A stretch of 64,000 nt of DNA from an uncultured archaeon (GTDB lineage Archaea > Asgardarchaeota > Thorarchaeia > Thorarchaeales > Thorarchaeaceae): the NCBI GenBank assembly GCA_964458565.1, contig CAYWJO010000003.1:1-64000 (forward strand), in the 5' to 3' direction. Each line of letters starts with the position of its first letter. The stretch's first letter is position 1. The translations under genes and the position numbers were made by a program. The notes under the pieces are model-generated. The model was given only the letters and a program-made list of their open reading frames with translations, ran no database searches and had not been told where the DNA came from. Shown piece by piece: positions 9,764 through 20,900 of this stretch.

Positions 9764-10333
9764 ATGAAGATAAAGACAATCCATTTCGAAAAAGCATCAC
9801 GAGAGAATACAAATGAAGTCTTGAACCACCTGAAGCACTTCCTTGATGAAAATCCAGCGATTGAGTATATAGTTGTCGCAACCACTGAAGGATCTACTGG
9901 CGTATTATTTTCAGAGTCGTTTCCAAATAAGAAAGTCATAGTTGTAACGCACCAGACTGGATTTAAAGAACCAAATACTAACGAACTGAGGGAAGAGAAT
10001 CGCGCAAGCATACAAAAAACAGGAGCGGCAATTCTAACCTCATCCCATGCATTTGCAGGAGTTTCAAGAGGAATAAGACGCAAGGTTAATACATGGACTC
10101 CTGTTGAGATGATGGCGTTAGCTTTCAGAACTTTCGGTCAAGGAACAAAAGTTTGTGCGGAAATTGCCCTCATGGCTTCTGATGCAGGTATGGTTCCTGT
10201 GGATAAGGATATAATTTGTGTTGCGGGAACTGGAAGAGGCGCGGATACAGCATGGCTTGTTCAACCTGCAAATACAAACGCATTTACCGAATTGAAAATG
10301 AAAGCATGTCTATGCAAACCAATCGAGTTCTGA
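9764..10333 (+). CDS. Pyruvate kinase alpha/beta-domain protein (archaeal stand-alone PK_C family)
   Basis: IVVATTEGSTG, VVTHQTGF, HAFAGVSR, FGQGTKVCAEI, AGTGRGADTA; ATG at 9764 with upstream GGAG. Confidence 0.85.
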   Translation: MKIKTIHFEKASRENTNEVLNHLKHFLDENPAIEYIVVATTEGSTGVLFSESFPNKKVIVVTHQTGFKEPNTNELREENRASIQKTGAAILTSSHAFAGVSRGIRRKVNTWTPVEMMALAFRTFGQGTKVCAEIALMASDAGMVPVDKDIICVAGTGRGADTAWLVQPANTNAFTELKMKACLCKPIEF

Positions 10334-10334
10334 G

Positions 10335-11375
10335 TTATTTTCCAAATGCATCATCGAACTGCTTCAGATATTCCTTTTGTTCCTTAGACAATTTCTTAGG
10401 AATATGGATATTCACCCGAACTAGTTGATCACCAGTCCGTCCATCCTGTGTATGCACTCCCTTTCCCTTCATTCGAAGAACGGTGCCTCCTTCAGTGCCT
10501 GGCTTGACTTTCATGACACTTGAACCATGCATGGTTAGTACTTCCATTTCTCCACCTAAAGCAGCTAATGAAAATGGGATATCATGTTCAAGATAGATAT
10601 GCAATCCCCTTCGTATGAATGTTTTATGAGGCTCGACCTCAAAAATGATAATTAGATCACCATAGGGTCCACGACGAGGACCTGCATTTCCACCCCCACG
10701 AATCCGCTGGCCCATTCCATCTTCAACTCCAGGAGGTACTGGTAGAGTCACTTCACGTCGTTCGGTTTCTAAACCAGTACCCCTACATGAAGAACATTTT
10801 GATTCTATCACTTCACCTAAACCATCACATGTAGGACATGTAGATGCCACTTGCATAAATCCACCCATTGTACGAACAACTTGTCCACGACCATTACACG
10901 ACCGGCATGTCTTTGGAGATGAACCGGGTTCAGCTCCACTACCATTACATTTACTGCAGTGGATATGTCGTCTGAACGCTATTTCTTTTTCAGTACCGAA
11001 GAATGCTTCCTCAAAGGTAAGATCAATCTTCATACGAAGAGTTTGACCCTTTGGTGGACCGGTTGGACCTCTTCGACCCATTCCACCAAATCCACCGAAT
11101 CCTCCGAAGACCTGACTAATGAGATCCTCAAATCCGCCCATGTCAACCCCTTGAGAGTCCGCAGTCCCATACCTATCATAATTAGACCGTTTCTCCGGAT
11201 CACTCAGAACATCATATGCCTCAGTGATTTTCTTAAACATATCCTCTGCATTAGGATTATCCGGATTTCTATCAGGGTGATATTTCTTAGCAAGCTGTCT
11301 GAATGCTTTTTTTATATCATCCTGAGTTGCACTACGATTTATACCCAAGATGTTATAGTAGTCATCCTCTGCCAA
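10335..11375 (-). CDS. dnaJ: Chaperone DnaJ
   Basis: J-domain HPD, G/F region, four CxxCxGxG repeats; TTG start with GGTGA RBS. Confidence 0.96.
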   Translation of the reverse strand: MAEDDYYNILGINRSATQDDIKKAFRQLAKKYHPDRNPDNPNAEDMFKKITEAYDVLSDPEKRSNYDRYGTADSQGVDMGGFEDLISQVFGGFGGFGGMGRRGPTGPPKGQTLRMKIDLTFEEAFFGTEKEIAFRRHIHCSKCNGSGAEPGSSPKTCRSCNGRGQVVRTMGGFMQVASTCPTCDGLGEVIESKCSSCRGTGLETERREVTLPVPPGVEDGMGQRIRGGGNAGPRRGPYGDLIIIFEVEPHKTFIRRGLHIYLEHDIPFSLAALGGEMEVLTMHGSSVMKVKPGTEGGTVLRMKGKGVHTQDGRTGDQLVRVNIHIPKKLSKEQKEYLKQFDDAFGK

Positions 11376-11395
11376 GAATTATCACCTATAGAAGA

Positions 11396-13270
11396 TTATT
11401 CATCTAAGTCTTCGAAATCGACATCGACAACATCTTCATCGTCTGGCTTCGCACTTGAGGCTCCAGATGGTTGTCCAGCTCCAGTCATCGTGCTTGGATC
11501 AAATTGCGTCTGGCTTGGATCAAAACCAGCAGCACCTGGACCTTGCTGACCATAAATCTTTTCAGAAATCTTGAAGATGACTTGTTGTAATTTCTCAGTC
11601 CCTGACTTTATACTCTCGAAGTTTTCACTCTTAATTTGTTTCTGAAGAGATTCTGCTTCTGTTTCAAATTCCTTCTTGAGATCTTCAGATATTTTATCCG
11701 GATTGTCTTTAATGAGCTTCTCGCCTTGATAGATCACCTGTTCGGCCATATTTCTTGCTTCCACTTGGGACTTGCGTCGCTCATCTTCCTCAGCATATCG
11801 TTCTGCATCTCCCACCATCCTTTCAACATCTGTGTCTGTGAGGCTGGTTGTTGCAGTTATTGTAATCGATTGCTCATTACCTGTTCCAAGATCTTTTGCA
11901 GTGACATTGCAAATTCCATTTGCATCAATATCAAAGCTGACCTCAATCTTGGGTACACCACGAGGAGCAGGAGGAATCCCAACAAGTTGGAAACGACCTA
12001 GAGTCATGTTGTCCGCAGACATCTTTCGCTCACCTTGAGTGACATGAATCTCTACTACGGTTTGCCCATCTGCCGCGGTTGTGAACTCTTTTTTCCGCTT
12101 AGTAGGTATGGTTGTGTTTCGTTCAATCAGAGGCGTAGCAATCCCACCGTAGGTTTCTACGGCGAGTGTCAACGGCGTTACATCGAGTAGAAGTATATCG
12201 GTTTCTCCAGCAATGATACCAGCTTGAGCCGCTGCACCAAGTGCAACTACCTCATCCGGATTTATACTCTTATCCCCTTCCTTTCCAAACATAGCCCGGA
12301 TAGTTTCTTGAATTTTTGGCATTCTTGTAGCTCCACCTACAAGAAGTATTCTATCAATTTGTTCAGCCTCAAGTTTAGAATCAGCAAGTGCCTGTCGTAT
12401 TGGACCTAATGTAGCCTGGACAAGATCGTCAGTCATGCGTTCGAATTGTGCTCGAGTGATTTCCAAGTCTAAGTTCTTCGGTCCACTTTCATTAGCAGTA
12501 ATATATGGTAAATTGATATTGGTCTGCATAACTGTCGAAAGCTCAATTTTAGCTTGCTCTGAAGCATCTCTGATTCGCTGCATAGCAACTAGATCTTTTG
12601 TTAGATCAATTCCTGTTTCTTTTCCGAATTCGCCTACAACCCAATCGATGACTCGTTGATCCCAGTCATCACCACCAAGTTGTGTGTTACCACTTGTTGA
12701 TAGAACCTTGTATACTTCTTCACCAATATCAAGAATAGAAACATCAAAAGTGCCACCGCCTAAATCGTATACGAGAACTCTTAGCTCTTCTCCCTTTTCT
12801 AGGTTATATGCTAATGCTGAAGCGGTGGGTTCGTTGACGATTCTCAGAACCTCGAGACCAGCGATTCGACCGGCATCCTTGGTTGCTTGACGCTGACTGT
12901 CGTTAAAATATGCTGGAACGGTTATTACTGCGTTCCGAATTTCCTCACCAAGATACGATTCTGCATCTCGTTTCATTTTTGTCAAAATCATCGCGGAGAT
13001 TTCTTGAGGGCTATATTCTTTATCACCAATCTTGACCTTGTAATCTTGGCCCATCTTCCGTTTGATTGAACGTACAGTTCGCTCGGGCATTGAAACAGCC
13101 TGTCTCTTTGCAATTTCACCTACAACAATCTCACCCTTTTGTGTGATTCCAACAACAGAAGGAGTTAATCGTTTTCCTTCTGCGTTTGGTATTATTGTAG
13201 GTTTGCCGCCTTCCATGTAAGCAATGCCACTGTTAGTTGTACCTAAATCTATACCAACTACTTTTCCCAT
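11396..13270 (-). CDS. dnaK: Chaperone DnaK (Hsp70)
   Basis: [44 protein letters not shown]; short archaeal/Gram-positive-type N-domain. Confidence 0.98.
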   Translation of the reverse strand: MGKVVGIDLGTTNSGIAYMEGGKPTIIPNAEGKRLTPSVVGITQKGEIVVGEIAKRQAVSMPERTVRSIKRKMGQDYKVKIGDKEYSPQEISAMILTKMKRDAESYLGEEIRNAVITVPAYFNDSQRQATKDAGRIAGLEVLRIVNEPTASALAYNLEKGEELRVLVYDLGGGTFDVSILDIGEEVYKVLSTSGNTQLGGDDWDQRVIDWVVGEFGKETGIDLTKDLVAMQRIRDASEQAKIELSTVMQTNINLPYITANESGPKNLDLEITRAQFERMTDDLVQATLGPIRQALADSKLEAEQIDRILLVGGATRMPKIQETIRAMFGKEGDKSINPDEVVALGAAAQAGIIAGETDILLLDVTPLTLAVETYGGIATPLIERNTTIPTKRKKEFTTAADGQTVVEIHVTQGERKMSADNMTLGRFQLVGIPPAPRGVPKIEVSFDIDANGICNVTAKDLGTGNEQSITITATTSLTDTDVERMVGDAERYAEEDERRKSQVEARNMAEQVIYQGEKLIKDNPDKISEDLKKEFETEAESLQKQIKSENFESIKSGTEKLQQVIFKISEKIYGQQGPGAAGFDPSQTQFDPSTMTGAGQPSGASSAKPDDEDVVDVDFEDLDE

Positions 13271-13272
13271 TA

Positions 13273-13875
13273 TCATTCACCATTTTCTTCGTTATCATCA
13301 ATACTTGGTTCTTCCTGAACCGAAATTTCTTGCCTATTAACACATACAATTGCAGGACGAAGCACTCGTTCCTTTAGCATATATCCACGCTGAAACTCTT
13401 CAATCACTACGCCATCTTCTTTGGAATCATCGTATTTTCTGCTTATAGCATTATGATAGTATGGATCAAAGGGTTTGTCGAGTGACACTATTGGTCTTAC
13501 ATCTTCCTGAGCTAGGATTTTGGATATCTGCTGTTCAATTCCTTCTATTCCTTGTTTTGCAGACTTTGGATCGGCTTCAAAATCAGCACTTAGAGCACGT
13601 TCGACATTGTCACGGATCTCTAAAACTTTGAGGATAATTCCCTCAGCAGCGTACTTGGCAATCTCTGAAAATCTACTCTCCATACGTTTTCGATAGTTAT
13701 CAAACTCTGCCTGAAGACGGAGAAACTTATCTTCCAGTTCTTTAACAGGGTCTATTTTCTCTTCTTTTACGACTTCCTGTTCACTGATTTGATCTTCTGT
13801 CTCCTCATCTTCAGATAGGTCTAGTATAACCTCAGTAGTGTCAGGTTCATGCTCTTCGTTTTTCCGATTCTCCAT
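13273..13875 (-). CDS. grpE: Nucleotide exchange factor GrpE
   Basis: [34 protein letters not shown]; grpE-dnaK-dnaJ gene order. Confidence 0.95.
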   Translation of the reverse strand: MENRKNEEHEPDTTEVILDLSEDEETEDQISEQEVVKEEKIDPVKELEDKFLRLQAEFDNYRKRMESRFSEIAKYAAEGIILKVLEIRDNVERALSADFEADPKSAKQGIEGIEQQISKILAQEDVRPIVSLDKPFDPYYHNAISRKYDDSKEDGVVIEEFQRGYMLKERVLRPAIVCVNRQEISVQEEPSIDDNEENGE

Positions 13876-14079
13876 TTGGTATCACTCTATGCTTCTTAGT
13901 ATCTACTGACCTAGCACACACACTCAGAAAAATCTGGATAATTAATCCAGTAAGGGGTGCAATCTTTGCACTTATCCCCTCGGTGACTCGTACTTCGTAG
14001 TTTAATCAAGAAATTAAAAGCTTTCGACATGACAGTATATTCGAAAACTCTTTTCAGTAGATGCAGTCCTATCTGAATT

Positions 14080-14820
14080 ATGGCAACTGAAGAAATCAGA
14101 GAGGCGAGAACCCTCATCTCATCTTCAACTAAGATATCAGCTTTAACCGGGGCAGGGATTAGCGTTGACTCTGGAATTCCAGATTTTAGAAGTGAAGGCG
14201 GCATATGGAATAGATATGACCCTCTTGAATATGGTACTTATGAGAGCTTTCTGCGAAATCCTAAGAAATTCTGGACAATGGGAAGAGAACTGGCAACTGT
14301 ATTATTGAAAGCAAAACCAAATGACGCCCACAAAGTTCTAGCAACTCTTGAAGAGAGAGGTAAACTCATCGGAATTATAACTCAAAATATTGATAATCTG
14401 CATCAGGTTGCTGGTAATAAGAAAGTGATTGAGATTCATGGCAATTTTCTCCGAGCATATTGTATGGAATGCAATGAAATCTATGTTGGAGAAACAGTCC
14501 ATCAAAGAGTAGTTGATGGAGAAATACCTCCGTTGTGTGATAAATGTCATGGTGTTCTCAAGTCTGAAGCTATCCTATTTGGTGAGCCGCTTCCTGAAAA
14601 TGCAATGGAGAAAGCTGTGAATCTTTGTAGAAAGACAGATTTAATGCTCGTTGTAGGGACTAGTCTCACAATTTATCCAGCAGCATATCTTCCCCAATTA
14701 GCCAAGGAAGCTGGTGCTAAGGTTATTCTCATAAACTTAGAGGGAGGTAACCGAGAAAATGTTGCAGACATTGTCATTAGAGGTAGAGCCAAAGATATTC
14801 TTCCACAACTTCTGGAATAA
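14080..14820 (+). CDS. cobB: NAD-dependent protein deacylase (Sir2 family)
   Basis: GAGISVDSGIPDFR, TQNIDNLH, HG, two CxxC Zn pairs, FGE, GTSL. Confidence 0.92.
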   Translation: MATEEIREARTLISSSTKISALTGAGISVDSGIPDFRSEGGIWNRYDPLEYGTYESFLRNPKKFWTMGRELATVLLKAKPNDAHKVLATLEERGKLIGIITQNIDNLHQVAGNKKVIEIHGNFLRAYCMECNEIYVGETVHQRVVDGEIPPLCDKCHGVLKSEAILFGEPLPENAMEKAVNLCRKTDLMLVVGTSLTIYPAAYLPQLAKEAGAKVILINLEGGNRENVADIVIRGRAKDILPQLLE

Positions 14821-14865
14821 TTTGAATGACAATTTCTATAACACCGTAGTACCCATAATTCTTCA

Positions 14866-15843
14866 ATGAAAAACGTCGCATGGACATTGGCAAGTCTAGG
14901 GCAATTAGCTATAACCTTAGAAGCTAGTGCACCAAAGCCTGGGAATGTTAATCGGTTGCAGCGATTCTCAGATACTGGGTATCGTCATTTTCTAGCAAGT
15001 GCAGCCTTAGCGTCAAGAGGTTACTATCTTGCAGCTACGAGAGGAAAACACCTTGCAGAGGGATTGATAGAACCTGAACAGGTGAAGATTGGATCAATAA
15101 TACATGAGTGTACACATGATGTCTTCGGGAATCTTAACAGAAGGAATGCAATCTTTGGAACTATTCTTCTCCATATCCCACTAATTATTTCAGCTTCAAC
15201 CATGATAGAGTTGGAAGGAGAGTTCTCTATTGAGGGACTTAAAACACAATTAAAAAGAATCATAGATGCGGGGACTGTGGAGGATAGTGAAAATCTGTAT
15301 CATGCATTTCACCTCGCCTCTCCTCAAGGAGACCTAGAGAACCTCTCAGATAGATGGCGCGATGAGCATGAAAAATACGATATTAGCAATCCAGAAGTCT
15401 TCGAGAACATCCGTATTGATAATATGACACTTCCAAAAATATTCAAAATGGCAGAAGATGTTGATGTAATATCAAAAGAATGGACATCCTATTTTCATCT
15501 CACCTTGGATGAAACACTCCCCTATCTCGACAGCTTATCTGATTCTCTAGAAAATCTTGAAGAAGCTATAGTTAGAACTTTCGTTTGGAGATTATCTCGA
15601 GCCCCTGATGGTTTGATTGTGAAGAAAGCTGGAGCTAAAGAGGCAGAAAGAGTCATGAATATAGCAAGACGAATAATCGAAACGCAAGATCATAAACTAG
15701 ACGAATTAGAACTAATCGATAGACTTGATTTAGAATTACGGAAAAACGGAAATATCCTTAATCCGGGGACAACAGCAGATCTACTATCAGCTGGGATATA
15801 TTGCAAATTAGTAAAAGACAACTTGGAAAAAACCAGAGAGTAG
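14866..15843 (+). CDS. citG: CitG-like triphosphoribosyl-dephospho-CoA synthase family protein (archaeal type)
   Basis: LEASAPKPGNV, N..FG.ILL..PL, PDGLIVKKAG, NPGTTADL. Confidence 0.8.
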   Translation: MKNVAWTLASLGQLAITLEASAPKPGNVNRLQRFSDTGYRHFLASAALASRGYYLAATRGKHLAEGLIEPEQVKIGSIIHECTHDVFGNLNRRNAIFGTILLHIPLIISASTMIELEGEFSIEGLKTQLKRIIDAGTVEDSENLYHAFHLASPQGDLENLSDRWRDEHEKYDISNPEVFENIRIDNMTLPKIFKMAEDVDVISKEWTSYFHLTLDETLPYLDSLSDSLENLEEAIVRTFVWRLSRAPDGLIVKKAGAKEAERVMNIARRIIETQDHKLDELELIDRLDLELRKNGNILNPGTTADLLSAGIYCKLVKDNLEKTRE

Positions 15844-15870
15844 GTCTGCTTACATTTGCAGCAGAGCCTA
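15841..15870. terminator. Hairpin between convergent genes
   Basis: TAGGTCTGCT...AGCAGAGCCTA imperfect inverted repeat immediately after the citG-like stop. Confidence 0.4.
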
Positions 15871-15904
15871 ATCAGGACCCATTATCCAAGCGATGTTTCA
15901 GGAT

Positions 15905-16177
15905 TTACATGAGCACTTGTCTGAAGACGTGCTCGTATTTCATTCGTAGCTCCTTTGCACGTTCTAAGTCAGCCATATAGAGAGGTTGTCTCATATCACG
16001 CAGATTTGGAATCTTTCTGCAAAGATTCTGACCCATTAACCTGCGAAGAGCAAAGGAAACTGTTCTCGGTGCGAGATCAACTTTCTGTGACAAAGCCTTT
16101 GGTGTGAGCGGACCATCGTGCGTGAGTCGGTCAAGTACGATGATTGCACTTCTTGGAAGTTCAAGTGATATACTCAT
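15905..16177 (-). CDS. Small winged-helix (MarR-like) DNA-binding protein
   Basis: LPRSAIIVLDRL..GPLTPKAL..DLAPRTVSFALRRL..PNLRDMRQPLY; ATG at 16177 with GGTGG upstream. Confidence 0.75.
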   Translation of the reverse strand: MSISLELPRSAIIVLDRLTHDGPLTPKALSQKVDLAPRTVSFALRRLMGQNLCRKIPNLRDMRQPLYMADLERAKELRMKYEHVFRQVLM

Positions 16178-16364
16178 TCTGGCCACCTTTTCACCGCTTC
16201 TTCTTACTGTACAAGCTGTCTTTTTTTGAATATAAGGCAACTGCTCACCGCATCTTTCTCCAATAAAGGGTGATTACCCAAATATGAGTTAGATTCATTC
16301 TCATACTGCTAATCCATAAGATTTCAATATGCAGATAGTACTACATATGTTGTGGTGTATTTCT

Positions 16365-17351
16365 TTGAAAGTCTTTGTGAGTAGAGAAATTCCAGATTCA
16401 GGATTGGAAAAGATACATACTAATTTCGACACAGAGGTTTGGAATAAAGTAATGCCACCCACAGAAGAACAAATTATTGAAAATTCGAAAGATTGCGAAG
16501 GACTTGTAAGTCTCCTTTCGGATGATCTCAACCAGAATATTATTAATAATCTTCCAAAATTGAAGATAATCGCTCAATATGCAGTTGGATATGACAATAT
16601 AGACATACAGGCAGCCAGCAAGAGAAGAATTATAGTTACAAATACACCAGGAGTTCTTACTGAAACAACAGCAGATCTTACTTGGGCATTAATCCTTGCA
16701 GCTTCTCGACGAGTTGTTGAAGCAGACAAGTTCGTAAGAAGAGGACAATGGAAGGTTGCATGGAGTCCAAAATTGCTTCTTGGCTCGGATATTCATAATG
16801 CAACTTTGGGAATAATAGGGCTTGGTAGAATAGGGGCTGCTGTTGCCAGACGTGCTTCAGGTTTCTCAATGAAAATTATGTATACGTCTCGTTCTGAAAA
16901 CGAGATAAGTCAAGCTGTAGAAAGGGAAACAAATGCCGAGAGAGTGGATTTTACCACTTTGCTTAGACAAGCAGATATCATCTCTGTGCACGTCCCATTA
17001 ACAACTGAAACCTACAAACTGATTGGAAAAGATGAATTCTCAATGATGAAAAGCAATGCTATTCTTATTAACACATCCAGAGGACCCATAATCGATGAGA
17101 ACGCTCTTTATGAAGCATTGAGTAGTCATCAAATACGTGCTGCTGGTTTGGATGTATTCACAATAGAACCAATCTCAGAAGACAGTACGCTTTTAGAGTT
17201 GGAAAATGTAGTCTTGTTACCTCATATAGGTAGTGCCTCTACTGCGACAAGAGATAGAATGGCAGATATGGTAGCCGAAAACTTGATTGCATTTAAGAGA
17301 AATGAAATCCCACCCAACATTGTAAATCCGGAAGTGCTTGATAATGAATGA
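16365..17351 (+). CDS. gyaR: Glyoxylate reductase / D-2-hydroxyacid dehydrogenase
   Basis: AVGYDNID, TNTPGVLTETTAD, GLGRIG, INTSRG, GLDVF..EP, PHIGSA; TTG start inferred. Confidence 0.9.
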   Translation: MKVFVSREIPDSGLEKIHTNFDTEVWNKVMPPTEEQIIENSKDCEGLVSLLSDDLNQNIINNLPKLKIIAQYAVGYDNIDIQAASKRRIIVTNTPGVLTETTADLTWALILAASRRVVEADKFVRRGQWKVAWSPKLLLGSDIHNATLGIIGLGRIGAAVARRASGFSMKIMYTSRSENEISQAVERETNAERVDFTTLLRQADIISVHVPLTTETYKLIGKDEFSMMKSNAILINTSRGPIIDENALYEALSSHQIRAAGLDVFTIEPISEDSTLLELENVVLLPHIGSASTATRDRMADMVAENLIAFKRNEIPPNIVNPEVLDNE

Positions 17352-17874
17352 AGATTTTTTGAATGTTATAGAAAGTAGACGTTCGATAAGAAAGTTCCAT
17401 CCAGATGAAATCCCAGATAAGCATATACAACGTCTGATTGAGAGTGGTATCAGTGCGCCATCTGCAGGAAATAGACAGCCGTGGAGGATTGTGGTGACAA
17501 AGGACTCTAAGATAAAGGAGAAATTGAAACGAGGAGCCTTTGGTCAAAGGTTCATCTCCGAAGCACCTGTTGTCATCTCAGTATGCATGGTGCCTGAAGA
17601 ATCAGCAGAAAGATACGGGGATCGGGGTAGAACATTATATGCATTCCAGGACACAGCAGCATTGACACAGAATATCCTTCTTGCAGCTCATACAATGGGT
17701 TATGGTTCATGCTGGGTTGGAGCATTTGATGATGCCATGGTTGCGGAAGCGCTCAATGTTCCAGAGGGGATTAGACCTATTGCAATCATTCCGATTGGGA
17801 AGATTGCGGGAGAATATCCACAACTCAGACCCAGACGTCCAATATCTGAGATTGTGGTTCAAAACTCGTTTTAA
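17344..17874 (+). CDS. Nitroreductase-family flavoprotein
   Basis: RRSIRKF, APSAGNRQPW, GYGSCWVGAFD. Confidence 0.92.
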   Translation: MNEDFLNVIESRRSIRKFHPDEIPDKHIQRLIESGISAPSAGNRQPWRIVVTKDSKIKEKLKRGAFGQRFISEAPVVISVCMVPEESAERYGDRGRTLYAFQDTAALTQNILLAAHTMGYGSCWVGAFDDAMVAEALNVPEGIRPIAIIPIGKIAGEYPQLRPRRPISEIVVQNSF

Positions 17875-17943
17875 ATTTGATAGTTTAGAATCGTCCTGAT
17901 GACTTCTAGATGATAGTATTTTCAAATTCCACTGCACAAGCTG

Positions 17944-17976
17944 AAAAAAAAAGAAGTGTAGGGGGCATTAGCCCCC
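17944..17976 (-). terminator. GC hairpin plus U9 tract after the large S8 gene
   Basis: GGGGGC-ATTA-GCCCCC at 17961-17976; A9 at 17944-17952 (U-tract on the minus strand). Confidence 0.65.
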
Positions 17977-17988
17977 AATAAAGTTCCA

Positions 17989-20900
17989 CTACCTCTTCTT
18001 CACCAAGAAGAGAATCAATACAACGACAACGCCTACACCAATTCCAGCCAGAAGGCCGATAATGACTGGGTCAATACCGGGCACTGTTGGAGTTGGTTCT
18101 TCGGTAGTTGTTGTTGATGTTGACTCTGATGGTGTTGGAGTCGGTGTTGGTGTTGGTGTTGGAGTCGGTGTTGGAGTCGGTGTTGGTGTTGGAGTCGGTG
18201 TTGGTGTTGGAGTCGGAGTCGGTGTTGGAGTCGGTGTTGGTGTTATTATTGGCACCGTTCCAGCCTCGAATGGGTCCGAATATCCAATGGTGGATCGACT
18301 AACAACTGACGGGTTCAATGGATCTGAGTCAGACAGCCTGATCTGAATGATGTAGTCTCGAATCAGCCAGCCTGTGCTATTCCAGATGAATGAATAGCCA
18401 GGAACGTCTACAGCAATAAGCATGTAGCTCGCGCCATCGTCAAATGACAACAGGATTTCACTTGTGTGTTCGTCCTGAGCATTGTCCACAACAGTCCAAT
18501 TCACTGTCTTCACTGCACCTGCACCTGTGACATTAACACTTGTAATGATGGGTGTGAGGAAGTTGACGAATGTCAGAGATGCATAGTTGACCTCGAACTC
18601 AATATTGGTACCAGTAGTTGCAACCACCTGTACTTGGAACTCACTGTTCGCTAAGAAATCGTAGGTGTCAAACAGTACAGTTCCACCAGCAGCGTTACCG
18701 GACTGCCCAACACGGGTGTCTACAGTAAGGGTCCAAGTCCCTGGATTAAGATCGTAGTCGAAACAACCAACAACTATTGAACCAGTCTGGGAAGCCACAA
18801 ACGTAGTATGCTCTGGATGAGCTCCAGATGCCATAACACTTCCTAAGATGTTATTGCCGTAAGTCCAGGTTGAGTTGTCAGTACCTAACCACCACGCCAT
18901 GACGTCACAGTCATTGTTCGTGAAGTCCACTTCAATGTCTACAAGATCGAATTCGTTGATACCATGCACGACATTCCAGCCGAACTGGTCAAGCTGAATG
19001 ATTCCATTGAATGGATCATAGGAACCATCAGGAATTACCAGTGGTTTAGTATCTACGAAGTAGACACCAGACAGGAATGAAATAGTCATAGAATCAACCT
19101 CAAACTCAGGCATGTTGGGTAGATTGAATTCGGGGTAGGTTGCATTCACAATAACGTGATCACCTGTGGCTGTCTCATGGTCGTTCAACACCGTTGGAGT
19201 AGGATGTTCGTTTGAGGTCCAAGTCAGGATAAGGTCCTGCTCGGTTGTCTCATTGTACCACATAACTTCGATGTTGTATGTAGCTGGCAGTGTACCAGTT
19301 CCATTCAAAGCTAATGGATGTACGATAATGTATACCATTCCTGGATCAACTTCTGCAATTAGAGCAGTTGAAGTCGGAGTCATACCACTTCCCGAGGCAA
19401 GCTCATTATCAGCTGAATCGAGAATTGATACGAACATATCGTTACCACCTGTAGCCCATTCAACACGGACACCAAGGTAGTTGACATTTGGCACCATCAA
19501 AGCAAAGCTTCGGAAGTCCCAATCGTCAGGATCTTCTTCCATGCAACCATAGACAGTATTATCGTATGGCTCATGCTCAGCACCGTAGCCGACAACGAGT
19601 GGATTGACCGCACCCTCAGCACCACCAACTGCATGATAGACATTGTAGCTGTATGGAATCCAGAGAGTCTGACCACCACCATCATCGATCATGATGAATC
19701 CTTGGTGAATACCTGGGTCTGCACCTGAAGCATCCAAGGTGATATCAATGGTGTTACCCATTGTACCATCAGCGAATGAAATATGGGCATCAGTGACTGC
19801 TTCCCAGAATATCACTGTACAAGTGAAGTTATTTCCGGGTGTAGCTGTTGCGTTCCACCAATCAGTAGCAACATCATGAGCTGGATCGTGAATGACAAGT
19901 GTCACATCGCCTTCGAGTACGGCACCAATAGTAGAGCCTGAAACTGCGAATGGCATCATGTTGACATTGCTAGGATCACTAGCACTTGTGATTCTACTGA
20001 GTTCGTTACCATTGACTCCATCCCAGAGGTTGGGCATTCCATCAGCTGGGTCATTATCTTCCCAGTCATAGAGGAACATCCATGGCTCGGCACCTGCAAC
20101 ATCTGCAGCATCAAATCCGACAACTATTGTCATGTAGCTGTAGGTTCCTTCAGCAGTGTCGTAAGCTGAACCAAGCTCGTCACTAAGGTCGAACCAACCG
20201 TACATCTGCTCGTCTGCAACAACTGTGTCATTGTATGAGAAGGTTGTGCTTGAGAATGACATTCTGGTTGCTTCTCTCATGTAGTATGCGTCTGCAGACA
20301 AGCTGTCATCGACATAATCCAGGAGAGTAACTTCGTCATCCCAGACGTTCTCATAGAATGTCACTGTGTCCCCAGGAGCAACCTGTCCGAAGAAGATTGA
20401 ACCATCCCAGAGGTCTGTTGGATAAGAGTCTTCAGTTGTGTTTACTGAGATACCACCAGTGTAACTACCAGGTAAGATACCCCAATATGCCCATGCATCA
20501 CCGATGAATTGGGCGAAGTTGTTGTGTGAGTCTACATTCTGTGAAATCATACCGATATTGTTTGCTGCAAAGTCACATGCTGCATCAGCATCAATTCTTC
20601 CAAAGCCCTGAGTTGCTGGGTCGTAACCCATATCAACGGCTGTGGACTGCATGATGACTTTCAGTAAACCGGGAGTACTTGCACCTAGGGCTTCTACAAG
20701 TAGAGCGACAACACCAGCGCATACTGGAGCTGCTTGGCTTGTACCACTGAAGAGTGTGATGTTTTCAGGGTTCACACCCCAAGCATCAGCATAGAATGTT
20801 GAGTGCCATGGGATACCAGAATAACCAGCAAGACCAGGAGCTAAAACATCAGCCTTTGGATAACCTGAGAATGCAGGTCCCTTGCTTGTGAAACTAGCAA

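Noticed and set aside
10959-11549. 196-aa plus-strand ORF over dnaJ/dnaK and the many other short overlapping ORFs
   Set aside because: Antisense or alternate-frame shadows of well-supported genes, with no motifs
13911-13937. CIRCE element upstream of grpE (CTAGCACAC)
   Set aside because: Only a degenerate half-site; the GAGTGCTAA half is missing and no hrcA is in the window
18131-18244. Tandem repeat as a CRISPR array
   Set aside because: Hexamer units with no spacers, in frame within a CDS, and no cas genes in the window
18062-18346. Plus-strand ORFs with (GV)n or (VLES)n repeats
   Set aside because: Antisense shadows of the (TP)19 linker of the S8 protease
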